DNA of 64,000 bases from Eubacteriales bacterium (GCA_028693645.1 JAQUUY010000001.1:30318-94317), one strand, 5' to 3'; positions 30,746 through 42,400 are shown, counted from the stretch's first letter. Numbers and translations are program-made. The notes: generated by a model from the letters alone, not told the origin.

Positions 30746-30775
30746 ATAACCCGGTTTTTGCCGGGTTATTTTTCT
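30746..30775 (+). terminator. rho-independent terminator
   Basis: ATAACCCGG pairs with CCGGGTTAT, followed by a T-run. Confidence 0.85.
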
Positions 30776-30848
30776 TATCTGACTTTTGCAGGCAGTGTAT
30801 CCGCTTGTAATGTTTCTTTGATTTTCGGTTGATATTCTAAAGAAACGT

Positions 30849-31922
30849 TTGATGTTTAGATGTATAGTATACTATAATGATACAATAAAACGGCAATGTG
30901 CTAAAGCGGCAGTGAAAGACCAAAGAAAGGAACTATTGCGATTGGAAACCTTAGGAACAGAAGAACTCAGAATCAAGATTGATGAAGACCTTGATGGCAA
31001 GGAATTATTCGGGAACCTTGATTTGAATTTAAAAATCCTTTGTGATTATTTCGATGTGGATATTGTCCAAAGAGAGGATCAAATCCTCATTCGAGGGGAA
31101 GCGAACGCGAAGGCGGCAGAGGTCATTGAGGAACTTCTTTCTATAATAAAAGATGGCGAAACCTTAGATGCTCAAAAGGTCAATTATGTCATTAGTTTAA
31201 AAGAAAAAGGACTGTCCTATAAAGAAAGTAAGGTCAATCGTGATGTGATTTGCTATACACACCGCGGTAAACCCGTCAAACCAAAAACCCTGGGACAGAC
31301 GGATTATGCGAAGCAAATTAAAAATACAGATATCGTCTTTGGAATCGGACCCGCGGGAACCGGCAAAACATATATCGCTGTAGCCATGGCTGTCAATGCG
31401 TTTAAGAATAAGGAAGTCGAAAAAATCGTTCTTGCAAGACCTGCGGTAGAAGCCGGAGAACGTCTGGGTTTTCTCCCGGGAGATTTGCAAGAAAAGGTTG
31501 ATCCCTATTTAACACCCTTATACGATGCGCTTTATGATATACTGGGAAGAGACAGCACTTTGCGCTTAAAAGAGAGAGAAGCGATTGAGGTCGTGCCCTT
31601 AGCCTATATGCGCGGGAGGACACTTGACAATTCTTTCATTATACTTGATGAAGCACAAAATACGACAAGAGAGCAAATGAAAATGTTTCTGACAAGACTT
31701 GGTTTTGGCTCAAAAGCCGTCATTACCGGGGACATTACACAGATTGACTTGCCTCGAGGAAAAACATCTGGGTTAATTGAAGCAACAAAGATACTGGAAG
31801 GAACTTCTGATATCGGTTTCTGCTTCTTGAAGGACTCCGATGTTGTCAGGCATCCGCTGGTGAGAAAAATCATTAACGCCTATGAAAAGTACGAAAAAGA
31901 AAATCCAAGCATCAATGAATAA
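30849..31922 (+). CDS. phoH: PhoH family ATPase
   Basis: Walker A GPAGTGKTY and a PhoH-like core. The true start is probably downstream (GTG 30912 or TTG 30936), because a TATAAT at 30874 lies inside the maximal ORF. Confidence 0.88.
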   Translation: MMFRCIVYYNDTIKRQCAKAAVKDQRKELLRLETLGTEELRIKIDEDLDGKELFGNLDLNLKILCDYFDVDIVQREDQILIRGEANAKAAEVIEELLSIIKDGETLDAQKVNYVISLKEKGLSYKESKVNRDVICYTHRGKPVKPKTLGQTDYAKQIKNTDIVFGIGPAGTGKTYIAVAMAVNAFKNKEVEKIVLARPAVEAGERLGFLPGDLQEKVDPYLTPLYDALYDILGRDSTLRLKEREAIEVVPLAYMRGRTLDNSFIILDEAQNTTREQMKMFLTRLGFGSKAVITGDITQIDLPRGKTSGLIEATKILEGTSDIGFCFLKDSDVVRHPLVRKIINAYEKYEKENPSINE

Positions 31923-31972
31923 ACTTGCATCGTTACAACAATACAATGTTATGGAAAGTAGTGGGAACGTTT

Positions 31973-32428
31973 ATGGAAATCGTATTCAGTGAAGAACGAA
32001 TGCCGGGACAACACATCGTTGACCTGATGGAAAAAGCGGGAACGCTATGTGTGCAAGCAGAAGGTATCGACTCCGAACGGGTCACTGTTTCGGTTACGTT
32101 TGTGAGTAACGAAGAGATTCGTGAACTAAACAAACTTTATCGTAGCGTTGATTCTGTGACCGATGTGCTTTCTTTTCCCCAATATGAGGACCTAATAGAG
32201 ATTCCAAAGACAGGAGAACTTTGTCTTGGAGATGTTGTGATTTGTACAGAACAAGCTCTACTTCAAGCAGATGAATATGGTCACACTCCGGATCGTGAAC
32301 TCGTTTATCTTTTTGTTCATAGCATTTGCCATCTGTTGGGTTACGACCACATGGAAGACGAAGAAAAGGAAGAGATGAGAAAACTCGAAGAAACGATTAT
32401 GAAAAAGTTGGATTTGGAAAGGGGTTAA
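31973..32428 (+). CDS. ybeY: rRNA maturation RNase YbeY
   Basis: HSICHLLGYDH zinc motif. The choice of start among the ATGs at 31925, 31946 and 31973 is uncertain. Confidence 0.9.
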   Translation: MEIVFSEERMPGQHIVDLMEKAGTLCVQAEGIDSERVTVSVTFVSNEEIRELNKLYRSVDSVTDVLSFPQYEDLIEIPKTGELCLGDVVICTEQALLQADEYGHTPDRELVYLFVHSICHLLGYDHMEDEEKEEMRKLEETIMKKLDLERG

Positions 32429-32434
32429 ATTACA

Positions 32435-32821
32435 ATGGATGAAAAAGCTCTTTTTCTGGAAGCAAAAAAAATGCTTCCTCTTGCGTATGCACCGTTTTCA
32501 AATTTTCATGTCGGCGCCGCCCTGCTGACAAAAGACGGAAAGCTTTTTACGGGGGTTAATGTAGAAAACTCTTCTTACGGAGCCACAATCTGTGCCGAGA
32601 GAACGGCCTTTGTCAAAGCGGTTTCGGAAGGCTATCGTGATTTCAGCGCGATTGCGATTGCGTCAAGTGGCGGGGAAGCACTTCCTTGTGGAATCTGCCG
32701 TCAGTTTATGTATGAATTTAATGATGATTTAAAAATTATATGCGGAGAAGATGAAAATAATCTCCATATTTATCGTTTGAATGAACTTCTCCCCGGCGGA
32801 TTTCGCTTGCGAGAAAAATAA
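32435..32821 (+). CDS. cdd: cytidine deaminase
   Basis: 128 aa. CAERTA and PCGICRQ zinc motifs. Confidence 0.95.
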   Translation: MDEKALFLEAKKMLPLAYAPFSNFHVGAALLTKDGKLFTGVNVENSSYGATICAERTAFVKAVSEGYRDFSAIAIASSGGEALPCGICRQFMYEFNDDLKIICGEDENNLHIYRLNELLPGGFRLREK

Positions 32822-32867
32822 AGAAAGGAAAAGCAGGGCTGATATAAGACGCTCTTGCAAGAATAAA

Positions 32868-33764
32868 ATGAAATCTGGATTTATTGGAATCATCGGCAGG
32901 CCAAATGTTGGAAAATCAACGTTATTAAATGCGATTCTCGGAGAAAAAATTGCGATTACAACGGATAAGCCGCAGACGACGAGAAACAGCATCCGTGGGA
33001 TTTATACGAGACTCGATGGAGCAACAGAAGGCTGCCAAATGGTCTTTATTGACACTCCTGGGATTCACAAGCCCAAAAATAAATTGGGGGCGTATATGAC
33101 GGATATGGCGCTTTCTACATTAAAAGAAGTCGATGTCATCCTTTTTCTTGTTGACAGTGATTTGTCGCAAGGTCCCGGAGATCCTTATATCGTTGAACTT
33201 TTAAAACAAACGGAAACACCAAAAATATTGATTATCAATAAAATCGATTTGCTCGAACCGGAGTATTTCCGTGCGATGTATGAGGAATACGAAGCCTTAG
33301 GTGTCTTTGACTCTATCTACGGAGTCTCGGCACTGGAAGGAAAAAATGTTCCGGCGTTGTTGGAAAAGATTGAAAGCCTTCTGGTTGAGGGACCCATGTT
33401 TTTCCCTGACTATATGGTGACGGATCATCCGGAACGTTTTATCGTTAGTGAACTGATACGTGAGAAGATATTGCTTTACCTTGAAGATGAAGTTCCGCAC
33501 GGTGTGGCCGTTGAAATCGAGAGTTACAGTGAAGAACCAAAAATCACAAAAATCGGGGCGGTAATTTACTGCGAAAAGAAATCGCACAAAGGGATTATCA
33601 TCGGAAAAGAAGGAAAAAAACTAAAAGGGATTGGGAAAAGTGCAAGGCTTGAAATCGAAGGTCTTCTCGGCACAAAAGTATTTTTAGAGATTTGGGTCAA
33701 GGTGAGAGAAAACTGGAGGAACAGCGATTTTGCTATTTCTGATTTAGGGTACAAGAAAGAATGA
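32868..33764 (+). CDS. era: GTPase Era
   Basis: GRPNVGKST G1 motif and a C-terminal KH domain. I chose the internal ATG 32868 (MKSGFIGIIG). Confidence 0.96.
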   Translation: MKSGFIGIIGRPNVGKSTLLNAILGEKIAITTDKPQTTRNSIRGIYTRLDGATEGCQMVFIDTPGIHKPKNKLGAYMTDMALSTLKEVDVILFLVDSDLSQGPGDPYIVELLKQTETPKILIINKIDLLEPEYFRAMYEEYEALGVFDSIYGVSALEGKNVPALLEKIESLLVEGPMFFPDYMVTDHPERFIVSELIREKILLYLEDEVPHGVAVEIESYSEEPKITKIGAVIYCEKKSHKGIIIGKEGKKLKGIGKSARLEIEGLLGTKVFLEIWVKVRENWRNSDFAISDLGYKKE

Positions 33765-33771
33765 GCAATCG

Positions 33772-34512
33772 ATGATTACGGAGTCGGAAGGCATCGTTCT
33801 AAAGCAAGTCAAAACAGTTGGCGGCAGAAGGATGATTGTACTATTGACCAAGCGTTTCGGAAAGATTAGCGCGGGAACATCCATTGACGAAAAGGGAAAG
33901 AACCGTTCCGCTCTTGCTTTGCGTCCTTTTACTTACGGAAAGTATGAGCTATATAAGAATGCGGATAATTTTCATTTGAATGTCGGTGAAACGATTGCAA
34001 GTCATTATGGAATCGGCGGAGATGTGGATAAGTATATGGCCGCATCCTATGTGATGGAATTTACCGAAAAGCTCGCAGTCGAAGGAATGGTCTGTACGGA
34101 ACTTTTTCGTCTCTTGTCAGACTTCCTTGATATCATCGAACGTAGGACTAAGAAATTCGGGATTCTTGTAATTGCGTATATACTGAAAGCACTAAAAATA
34201 TCGGGGCATGCTCCGATACTGGAAGCCTGTGTCAGGTGTGGAAAAAGAGAAGCGTTAAATAGTATTGATATAAAAGAAGGAGGAATCCTTTGCGGAGAAT
34301 GCAGAAACTCTGCAAACTCTAATGAACGATTGATTTATGATGTGGAATTTGATATAGTTAATGCGCTGAGGTATCTGACGGATCAGCCGCTGCATAAGCT
34401 GGAACGTCTTGCTTTGGATGATGCTACGCTTGAAAGTCTTTGGCGAATCATGAAAGCGTATCTTTCCTATCATTTAGAAATCAGCGGGCTAAAGAGTGAG
34501 GAATTCCTGTAA
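33772..34512 (+). CDS. recO: DNA repair protein RecO
   Basis: 246 aa, CxxC...CxxC zinc finger (CVRCGK...CGEC). Synteny after era. Confidence 0.92.
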   Translation: MITESEGIVLKQVKTVGGRRMIVLLTKRFGKISAGTSIDEKGKNRSALALRPFTYGKYELYKNADNFHLNVGETIASHYGIGGDVDKYMAASYVMEFTEKLAVEGMVCTELFRLLSDFLDIIERRTKKFGILVIAYILKALKISGHAPILEACVRCGKREALNSIDIKEGGILCGECRNSANSNERLIYDVEFDIVNALRYLTDQPLHKLERLALDDATLESLWRIMKAYLSYHLEISGLKSEEFL

Positions 34513-34565
34513 ATCATTGAAACAGTTATCTCATCAATGAACGAAAAGGAGAAAGGGGTATCATT

Positions 34566-35183
34566 ATGGAAATCACATTAGAAAAAATTGAGCTTGTTAA
34601 GGATAGAACCGGCGTAAGCTACAAAGAGGCAAAAGAAGCACTCGAAGAGGCTGAAGGAAGTGTTGTCGACGCAATCATCAGCATTGAAGAATTGATTGAT
34701 ATCAAGGCTAAAAGCCGTCTTGGAGAGCATGGCGCGCATCTTATTGATAAAATCAAGGCGGCGGTCACAAAAGGAAATGTTTCGAAAGTAATCGTAAAAA
34801 AAGACGAAGAAGTGCTGCTCAATCTCCCGGTAAATATCGGAATTATTGGAACAGTGCTTGCTCCTTGGGCAGCAGTTGCCGGAGTCATCGCTGTTTTTGG
34901 GACGAAATGTACTGTGGAACTGGTCAAAGAAGACGGTGAGATTATTGAAGTGAGTGACATCGCAGCAGATAAGATCGAAGAAGTCGTTGAAAAAGGTTCT
35001 ATCCTTGCCGAAGAAGTTAAAAACAAAGGCATGGATGTCTTTGACAGTGTAAAAACAAAAGCAGGGGATGCGATTAATAAAGCAAAAAAAGAAGATTTTG
35101 AATGTGCCTGCGGAAGTGACAAAGAATGTGACGAAAACTGCACTTGCGGTTGTTCCGGAGAAACCTCGGAAAAAGAACTCTAA
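34566..35183 (+). CDS. DUF4342-like protein with an EF-Ts/UBA-like N-terminus and a Cys-rich acidic tail
   Basis: 205 aa. N-terminus VKDRTGVSYKEAKEALEEAEGSVVDAI, a central hydrophobic segment, and the tail ECACGSDKECDENCTCGCSGE. Confidence 0.65.
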   Translation: MEITLEKIELVKDRTGVSYKEAKEALEEAEGSVVDAIISIEELIDIKAKSRLGEHGAHLIDKIKAAVTKGNVSKVIVKKDEEVLLNLPVNIGIIGTVLAPWAAVAGVIAVFGTKCTVELVKEDGEIIEVSDIAADKIEEVVEKGSILAEEVKNKGMDVFDSVKTKAGDAINKAKKEDFECACGSDKECDENCTCGCSGETSEKEL

Positions 35184-35247
35184 AGACACACAAAATATAT
35201 CGTTTCGAAAAAGCAAAATATTATGAGATGGAGTTAACGTTAAGAGT

Positions 35248-36651
35248 ATGAGCAAAGAATTTTCATTGGATATCATTGTGGCCCTGGCAAAATCCAGAGG
35301 CTTTGTTTTCCCCGGTTCTGAAATTTATGGCGGTCTTGCAAACACGTGGGATTATGGCCCGATCGGTGTGGAACTGAAAAACAACGTAAAAAAAGCATGG
35401 TGGAAAAAGTTCATTCAGGAATCAAAATACAACGTAGGTCTTGATGCCGCCATTTTGATGAACCCAAAAGCTTGGGTCGCATCCGGCCATGTGGGTGGTT
35501 TTTCCGACCCCCTGATCGATTGTAAAAAGTGTCAGTCTCGCTTTCGCGCCGATAAAATCATAGAAGATTACATGAAAGAAAAAGAAGGCGTGACGGCAAC
35601 GGTAGATGGCTGGTCCAACGAAAAATTGGAAGCATATATTGTCGATGAAAAAATCCCTTGCCCCGAATGTGGGCAGAGCGAATTTACTTCCATTCGAAAA
35701 TTTAATCTTATGTTCAAAACCTTCCAAGGCGTAACAGAAGATTCAAAAGCGGAAATCTTTTTACGTCCGGAAACAGCACAAGGAATTTTCGTAAATTTCA
35801 AAAACGTTGCCAGAACGACAAGAAAAAAGATGCCGTTTGGAATCGGACAAATTGGAAAGTCTTTCAGAAACGAGATTACTCCCGGTAATTTCACTTTCCG
35901 TACGAGAGAATTTGAACAGATGGAGCTTGAGTTTTTCTGTAAGCCCGGTACGGACATGGAATGGTTCCTATATTGGAAGGATTATTGTGTCAACTGGCTT
36001 TCTTCGCTTGGAATGAACATGGAGCATATCAAACTTCGTGATCATGAAGCAGAAGAACTTTCCCATTACAGCAATGCAACGACCGACATCGAATATCACT
36101 TCCCGTTTGGATGGGGCGAATTGTGGGGTATCGCTGATCGTACCGACTTTGATTTAAAACAGCATATTGAACATTCGGGACAAGATATGTCTTATCTTGA
36201 TCCGGAAACAAATGAGAAATATGTACCTTATTGCATAGAACCATCCTTAGGTGCTGATCGAGTGACTTTGGCATTTCTCTGTGATGCTTATGATGAAGAG
36301 ATTCTTACCGATGCGAACGGAAAAGAAGATAAGAGAGTCGTTATGCGATTCCATCCCGCATTGGCACCGTTTAAAGCTGCTGTTCTTCCCCTTACAAAAA
36401 AACAATGTGAGGCTGCAGAAGCATTACATGAAGAACTCTCAAAATATTATATGACAGACTATGATGTTCCCGGAAGTATCGGAAAACGCTATAGAAGGCA
36501 AGACGAAACCGGAACACCATATTGCATTACAGTCGATTTTGAAACAGCAGAAGATAATTCCGTTACCGTTCGGGACAGAGATACGATGGAACAAATTCGT
36601 ATCCCCATTACCGATTTAAAAAAATATCTTGATGAGAAGCTAATGTTTTAG
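35248..36651 (+). CDS. glyQS: glycine--tRNA ligase (single-chain, alpha2 type)
   Basis: 467 aa with class II aaRS motifs ([21 protein letters not shown]). Confidence 0.96.
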   Translation: MSKEFSLDIIVALAKSRGFVFPGSEIYGGLANTWDYGPIGVELKNNVKKAWWKKFIQESKYNVGLDAAILMNPKAWVASGHVGGFSDPLIDCKKCQSRFRADKIIEDYMKEKEGVTATVDGWSNEKLEAYIVDEKIPCPECGQSEFTSIRKFNLMFKTFQGVTEDSKAEIFLRPETAQGIFVNFKNVARTTRKKMPFGIGQIGKSFRNEITPGNFTFRTREFEQMELEFFCKPGTDMEWFLYWKDYCVNWLSSLGMNMEHIKLRDHEAEELSHYSNATTDIEYHFPFGWGELWGIADRTDFDLKQHIEHSGQDMSYLDPETNEKYVPYCIEPSLGADRVTLAFLCDAYDEEILTDANGKEDKRVVMRFHPALAPFKAAVLPLTKKQCEAAEALHEELSKYYMTDYDVPGSIGKRYRRQDETGTPYCITVDFETAEDNSVTVRDRDTMEQIRIPITDLKKYLDEKLMF

Positions 36652-36667
36652 GAGGACTATCAAAAAA

Positions 36668-39298
36668 ATGGGCAAAAAGTATGTGTACTTATTTCAAGAA
36701 GGAAACGGATCGATGCGAGAATTGCTTGGCGGTAAAGGAGCAAATCTGGCGGAGATGACAAATCTCGGGATGCCTGTACCACAAGGCTTTACGATTACCA
36801 CAGAAGCCTGTACTCAATACTATATTGATGGGGAAACGATCAACGAATCGATTCGTTCTGAAATCATGGAGTACGTTAAGGAACTCGAAAAGATTACAGG
36901 GAAAAAATTCGGAGATACAATTAATCCGTTGCTTGTCTCTGTTCGATCCGGATCTAGAGCATCCATGCCGGGAATGATGGATACGATTCTAAATCTCGGT
37001 CTCAATGACGAGGTAACAGCCGCTTTTGCTCATAAAACAAATAATGCCCGCTTTGCGTATGACTCCTATAGGCGTTTTATTCAAATGTATTCCGATGTCG
37101 TTATGGAAGTCGGAAAAGCATATTTTGAAAAACTGATTGATGCAATGAAAGAAAAGAGAGGTGTCAAACTTGACACTGAACTTTCTGCTGATGATTTGAA
37201 AGAATTGGCACAGCAGTTTAAAGATGCTTACAAAGAAAAGATTGGTGAGGAATTCCCAAATAATGCGGTTGATCAGCTTTTTGGCGCAATCAAAGCGGTC
37301 TTCCGTTCTTGGGATAACCCGAGAGCAGTCTACTACAGACGCATGAATGATATTCCTTCTGATTGGGGAACGGCAGTAAACGTTCAGTCAATGGTCTTTG
37401 GAAACATGGGTGAAACATCGGGAACCGGTGTTGCCTTTTCGAGAAGCCCTTCGACAGGAGAGCCTAAACTCTACGGAGAATTCCTTATGAATGCCCAGGG
37501 CGAAGACGTTGTTGCCGGTATTCGTACTCCGCAGACAATCGATCAACTAAAAGAAACAAATCCAGTGGTATACGAAGAATTCTACAAAATCGTATACACT
37601 TTGGAAAAACATTATAAAGATATGCAAGATATGGAGTTTACGATTGAAGAAGGAAAACTCTATATGCTTCAAACCAGAAACGGAAAGAGAACCGCCGCTG
37701 CTGCACTTAAGATAGCCTGCGATCTTGTTGATGAAGGCTTGATTACAGAAAAAGAAGCAGTGTTAATGATCAATCCAAAGCAGCTTGATGCCTTGTTGCA
37801 TCCGCAATTTGACCCGAACGCCTTAAAGGCCGCAACCGTCATTGGAACCGGACTGCCGGCTTCTCCGGGAGCCGCTTGCGGAAAAGTCGCTTTTACAGCA
37901 GAAGATGCAACAGCGATGGCAAAAAAAGGTGCAGATGTTATTCTTGTTCGTCTTGAGACTTCACCCGAAGACATCGAAGGGATGCATTTTTCACAAGGTA
38001 TCTTGACCGTCAGAGGCGGAATGACTTCTCATGCGGCTGTTGTCGCTCGCGGAATGGGAACCTGCTGTGTTTCCGGCTGTGGCGATATTAAAGTAGATGA
38101 AGCAAACAAAGTCTTTACTCTCGGTGGGAAAACATTCCACGAGGGCGATTATATTTCGCTTGATGGATCCAACGGGAAAATCTATGGGGAAGAGATTGAT
38201 ACAATCGATGCCTCAATCTCAGGTGAATTTGGACGCCTTATGAGTTGGGCTGATCAGTTCAGAACCTTGAAAATCCGCACAAATGCTGATACTCCGCATG
38301 ATGCAGCGCAAGCCGCAAAGTTTGGTGCAGAAGGAATTGGTCTTTGCAGAACAGAGCACATGTTCTTTGACGCCGCAAGAATCGCTGCGATGAGAGAAAT
38401 GATCGTATCAAAGAGCGAAGCCCAAAGAAGAACAGCACTCGCTAAATTGCTTCCGATGCAAAGAAGTGATTTTGAAGGCATTTACGAAGCGATGCAAGGC
38501 TTCCCTGTAACCATTCGTTTCCTTGATCCTCCGCTACATGAATTCCTGCCAACGGAAGAAGATGATATTCAGGCGCTTGCAAAAGACATGAACATGAAAG
38601 TGGAGGATTTAAAAGCAGTCATTGTTTCTCTCCATGAATTCAATCCGATGATGGGACACAGAGGTTGCCGTTTGAGCGTTTCTTATCCGGAGATCGCAGA
38701 AATGCAAACAACGGCTGTCATCGAAGCGGCAATCAATGTTCAAAAGAAGCATAGCGATTGGAAGATGGTTCCGGAAATCATGATTCCGCTTATCGGTGAG
38801 TTAAAAGAACTCGCATATGTTAAGAATATCGTTGTGGAAACCGCGGATAAGATTATTGCCAAAGCAGGGATTGAAATGAAATACCTTGTCGGAACGATGA
38901 TTGAAATTCCAAGAGCGGCTTTGACTGCTGATGAGATTGCCAAGGAAGCTGAATTTTTCTCCTTTGGAACGAATGATCTTACACAAATGACCTTTGGGTT
39001 CAGCCGTGATGATGCAGGATCCTTCCTCGGCGCGTATTATGAGAAAAAAATCTACGAAAGCGATCCGTTTGCAAAATTAGACCAGAATGGTGTCGGAAAA
39101 CTTGTCAAAATGGCAGTTGAACTTGGCCAAAAGACAAGACCTGATATCAAACTCGGTATTTGCGGAGAACATGGCGGAGATCCTTCCTCCATCGAATTCT
39201 GCCACAATGCAGGTCTCCATTATGTCTCTTGTTCGCCCTTCCGTGTTCCGATTGCAAGACTTGCAGCGGCACAATCCGCAATCAAAGCGGCAAAATAG
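36668..39298 (+). CDS. ppdK: pyruvate, phosphate dikinase
   Basis: 876 aa. Phosphohistidine motif GGMTSHAAVVARG and a PEP-utilising C-terminus. Confidence 0.98.
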   Translation: MGKKYVYLFQEGNGSMRELLGGKGANLAEMTNLGMPVPQGFTITTEACTQYYIDGETINESIRSEIMEYVKELEKITGKKFGDTINPLLVSVRSGSRASMPGMMDTILNLGLNDEVTAAFAHKTNNARFAYDSYRRFIQMYSDVVMEVGKAYFEKLIDAMKEKRGVKLDTELSADDLKELAQQFKDAYKEKIGEEFPNNAVDQLFGAIKAVFRSWDNPRAVYYRRMNDIPSDWGTAVNVQSMVFGNMGETSGTGVAFSRSPSTGEPKLYGEFLMNAQGEDVVAGIRTPQTIDQLKETNPVVYEEFYKIVYTLEKHYKDMQDMEFTIEEGKLYMLQTRNGKRTAAAALKIACDLVDEGLITEKEAVLMINPKQLDALLHPQFDPNALKAATVIGTGLPASPGAACGKVAFTAEDATAMAKKGADVILVRLETSPEDIEGMHFSQGILTVRGGMTSHAAVVARGMGTCCVSGCGDIKVDEANKVFTLGGKTFHEGDYISLDGSNGKIYGEEIDTIDASISGEFGRLMSWADQFRTLKIRTNADTPHDAAQAAKFGAEGIGLCRTEHMFFDAARIAAMREMIVSKSEAQRRTALAKLLPMQRSDFEGIYEAMQGFPVTIRFLDPPLHEFLPTEEDDIQALAKDMNMKVEDLKAVIVSLHEFNPMMGHRGCRLSVSYPEIAEMQTTAVIEAAINVQKKHSDWKMVPEIMIPLIGELKELAYVKNIVVETADKIIAKAGIEMKYLVGTMIEIPRAALTADEIAKEAEFFSFGTNDLTQMTFGFSRDDAGSFLGAYYEKKIYESDPFAKLDQNGVGKLVKMAVELGQKTRPDIKLGICGEHGGDPSSIEFCHNAGLHYVSCSPFRVPIARLAAAQSAIKAAK

Positions 39299-39354
39299 AC
39301 ATAGAGCAGTTGCTCTGTGAGGACAAGAAACAGATTGTGAATTGCGAATTATTT

Positions 39355-39385
39355 GGGGGCGGAGCGATCCGTCCCCGTTTTTTTG
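39355..39385 (+). terminator. rho-independent terminator of ppdK
   Basis: GGGGGCGGA pairs with TCCGTCCCC (one G-U pair), followed by T7. Confidence 0.75.
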
Positions 39386-39437
39386 ATTTTCGGCTGAATT
39401 TTATTCGTAAAACAGCTGATAATTATTCAGAATCAGT

Positions 39438-39466
39438 TTGCATTTATGCAGCATATTTGATAGTAT
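39438..39466 (+). promoter_or_regulatory. sigma-A promoter for pyc
   Basis: TTGCAT, a 17-nt spacer, then TAGTAT. Confidence 0.5.
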
Positions 39467-39496
39467 ATTGTTTAAAAAAAGAATGGAGAACAAAAA

Positions 39497-42400
39497 TTGA
39501 AACCATTTAAAAGAGTCCTTGTGGCAAACCGCGGAGAAATCGCGATTCGCGTGTTTCGGGCTTGCAAAGAGCTTGGAATCCGTACCGTTGCGATCTATTC
39601 AGAAGAAGATCAATATGCTTTGTTTCGAACAAAAGCAGATGAATCATATAAAATTGGAAACGGGAAATCCGCTGTTGATGCTTATTTGGGAATTGGTGAA
39701 ATCATTGAGCTGGCAAAAGCAAAAGGGGTCGATGCCATTCATCCCGGCTATGGTTTCTTATCCGAAAACACTGACTTTGCAAGACTTTGCGAGGAAGCAG
39801 GTATTGTTTTTATCGGGCCAACCTATGAAATGATGGAACAGCTCGGAGACAAGGTTACCTCGAAACTTGTCGCGGCAAAGGTCGGAGTTCCAACGATCCC
39901 CGGTGTAGAAAAAGTAATTGCCTCAGAAAAAGAAGCTCTCGAATATGCCGCATTTTGTGGATATCCTGTCATGCTTAAGGCTTCGGCCGGTGGCGGTGGG
40001 CGCGGAATGCGTGTCGTCAGAGACGAAAAAGACCTGATTGCGGAATTCAGAAGCGCAAGCAGTGAAGCCGGAAAAGCATTCGGAATCGATGCGATATTTA
40101 TTGAAAAATATATTGAACATCCAAAACATATTGAAGTCCAGATTCTCGGCGATAATTACGGTGGACTCGTGCATCTTTATGAGCGTGATTGCTCCGTACA
40201 GAGACGTCATCAAAAAGTAGTTGAAATGTCACCGGCACTTTGCCTTTCAGAAGAACAAAGACAAAGAATTTGTGCAGATGCTTTGAAAATTGCGGGAGCA
40301 GTGAGCTATCGAAACGCCGGAACTGTAGAATTCCTTCTTGACCAAGAAGGGAATCACTATTTTATTGAGATGAATCCAAGAATTCAGGTTGAACACACCG
40401 TGAGTGAAATGGTGACTGGGATTGACATCGTTCAGTCTCAGATTCTCATCGCCCAAGGCTATCCACTTTCCTCTGATAAAGTAAATATCAAGGGTCAGGA
40501 ATCGATTGTGCCTAATGGCTATTCTATCCAATGTCGTATCACAACAGAAGATCCGGAAAACGGCTTCGCTCCTGATACGGGAACCTTGGATGTCTACCGG
40601 ACCGGCTCGGGCTTTGGCATTCGTCTTGACGGAGGAAACGGATTTACCGGCGCAAAGATTACCCCTTATTATGACAGCCTGCTTGTTAAGGTGACTTCAT
40701 GGGCGCGCACCTTTGAAGATGCAATCGAAAAATCAGCAAGAGCTTTGGATGAAATCAAAATCAAAGGAGTGAAAACAAACATTGGCTTTCTTCTTAATGT
40801 TTTGAATCACCCTGTTTTTCGTGCGGGCCAATGCAATACCGGTTTTATCGGTGAGCATCCCGAACTCTTTGAAATCAAGGCAAGCGTAGATAAAGAATTG
40901 AAGCTGATTCGTTTTCTCGGAGAAAAAGCGGTCAATGAGCACCATGAGAACAAACCGCAATTCAATATTCCTTATGTGCCGGATCTTTCGGATCGTGGTA
41001 CAAAACCCGGAAGCAAGCAGCTTCTTGACGAATTGGGGCCAAAGAAACTTTCTTCTTGGATACTCGGGCAAAAGCAGCTACTGATTACCGATGCCACGAT
41101 GCGCGACGCACAACAATCTCTGATGGCAACAAGACTCAGAACTATTGACATGCAACGAATTGCGCCTGCAATGTCAAAATTGGCAGGAGATCTCTTTTCG
41201 ATTGAGTTATGGGGCGGAGCGACGTTTGATGTTGCCTATCGCTTTTTAAATGAATCTCCTTGGGAGCGATTGGCAGTTCTTCGTGAGAGTATTCCAAACG
41301 TCATGTTTCAAATGCTTCTTCGCGGTGCAAATGCTGTCGGTTATAAAAACTATCCGGATAATGTCGTTAAACGCTTTATAAAAGAAGCAGCAGCATCCGG
41401 AATCGATGTTTTCAGAATTTTTGATTCCTTAAACTGGAATGAAGGAATGGTTGTATCGATTGATGAAGTTCTCAGTCAAAACAAAGTGGCTGAGGTTGCC
41501 CTTTGTTATACAGGGGATATCCTTGATAAGTCAAAGAATAAATATGATTTGGCATATTATGTCCGAAAAGCAAAAGAAATCGAAAAGATGGGGGCACATA
41601 TTTTATGCATTAAAGATATGTCGAGCCTCTTGAAACCAATGGCAGCGTATGATTTGATAAAAGCACTTAAGAACGAAGTATCAATTCCGGTGCATCTGCA
41701 TACCCACGACACCAGCGGTAACGGTGGAGCAACACTGATGATGGCGGCGATGGCCGGCGTAGACATTGTTGATGCGGCATTTAGCAGTATGGCAGGGCTC
41801 ACGAGTCAACCATCCTTAAACTCTCTTGTTGCGGCACTGAAAAATACGGAACGCGACACACTCCTTTCCCAGGATGATTTGCAAGCGATTTCAAACTATT
41901 GGAGTGATGTTAGACCTGTTTATCAGCAATTTGAATCTGAACTCAAAGCAGGAACCGCGGAAATCTATAAATATGAGATTCCAGGAGGACAGTATTCCAA
42001 TCTGAAACCTCAGGTTGAAAGCTTTGGACTGGGGCATAAATTTGAAGATGTAAAAGAAATGTTCAAAAATGTAAACGAGATGCTCGGGGATATCGTAAAA
42101 GTTACGCCATCGTCGAAGGCGGTCGGAGACATGTCAATCTTTATGGTGCAAAATGAACTGACGGCAGAAAACATTTATGACAAGGCAAAAGATATGGATT
42201 TCCCGGATTCCATTGTATCCTATTTCGAAGGTATGATGGGTCAGCCCGAAGGTGGATTCCCCGAAAAACTGCAAAACCTTGTCTTGAAAGGAAAAACTCC
42301 GATTACCGGAAGACCGGGAGAACTGCTTCCCGATGAAGATTTTGATTCAATCAAAGAGTATCTTGAAAAAACGTATCAGATTGAAGCGAATGAGCAGGAA

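Noticed and set aside
34578-35276. 232-aa and 174-aa minus-strand ORFs covering the DUF4342-like gene.
   Set aside because: These are shadow frames kept open by the GAA/GAAG-rich codon usage of the + strand gene. The + frame has a strong RBS, a recognisable N-terminal domain and conserved synteny.
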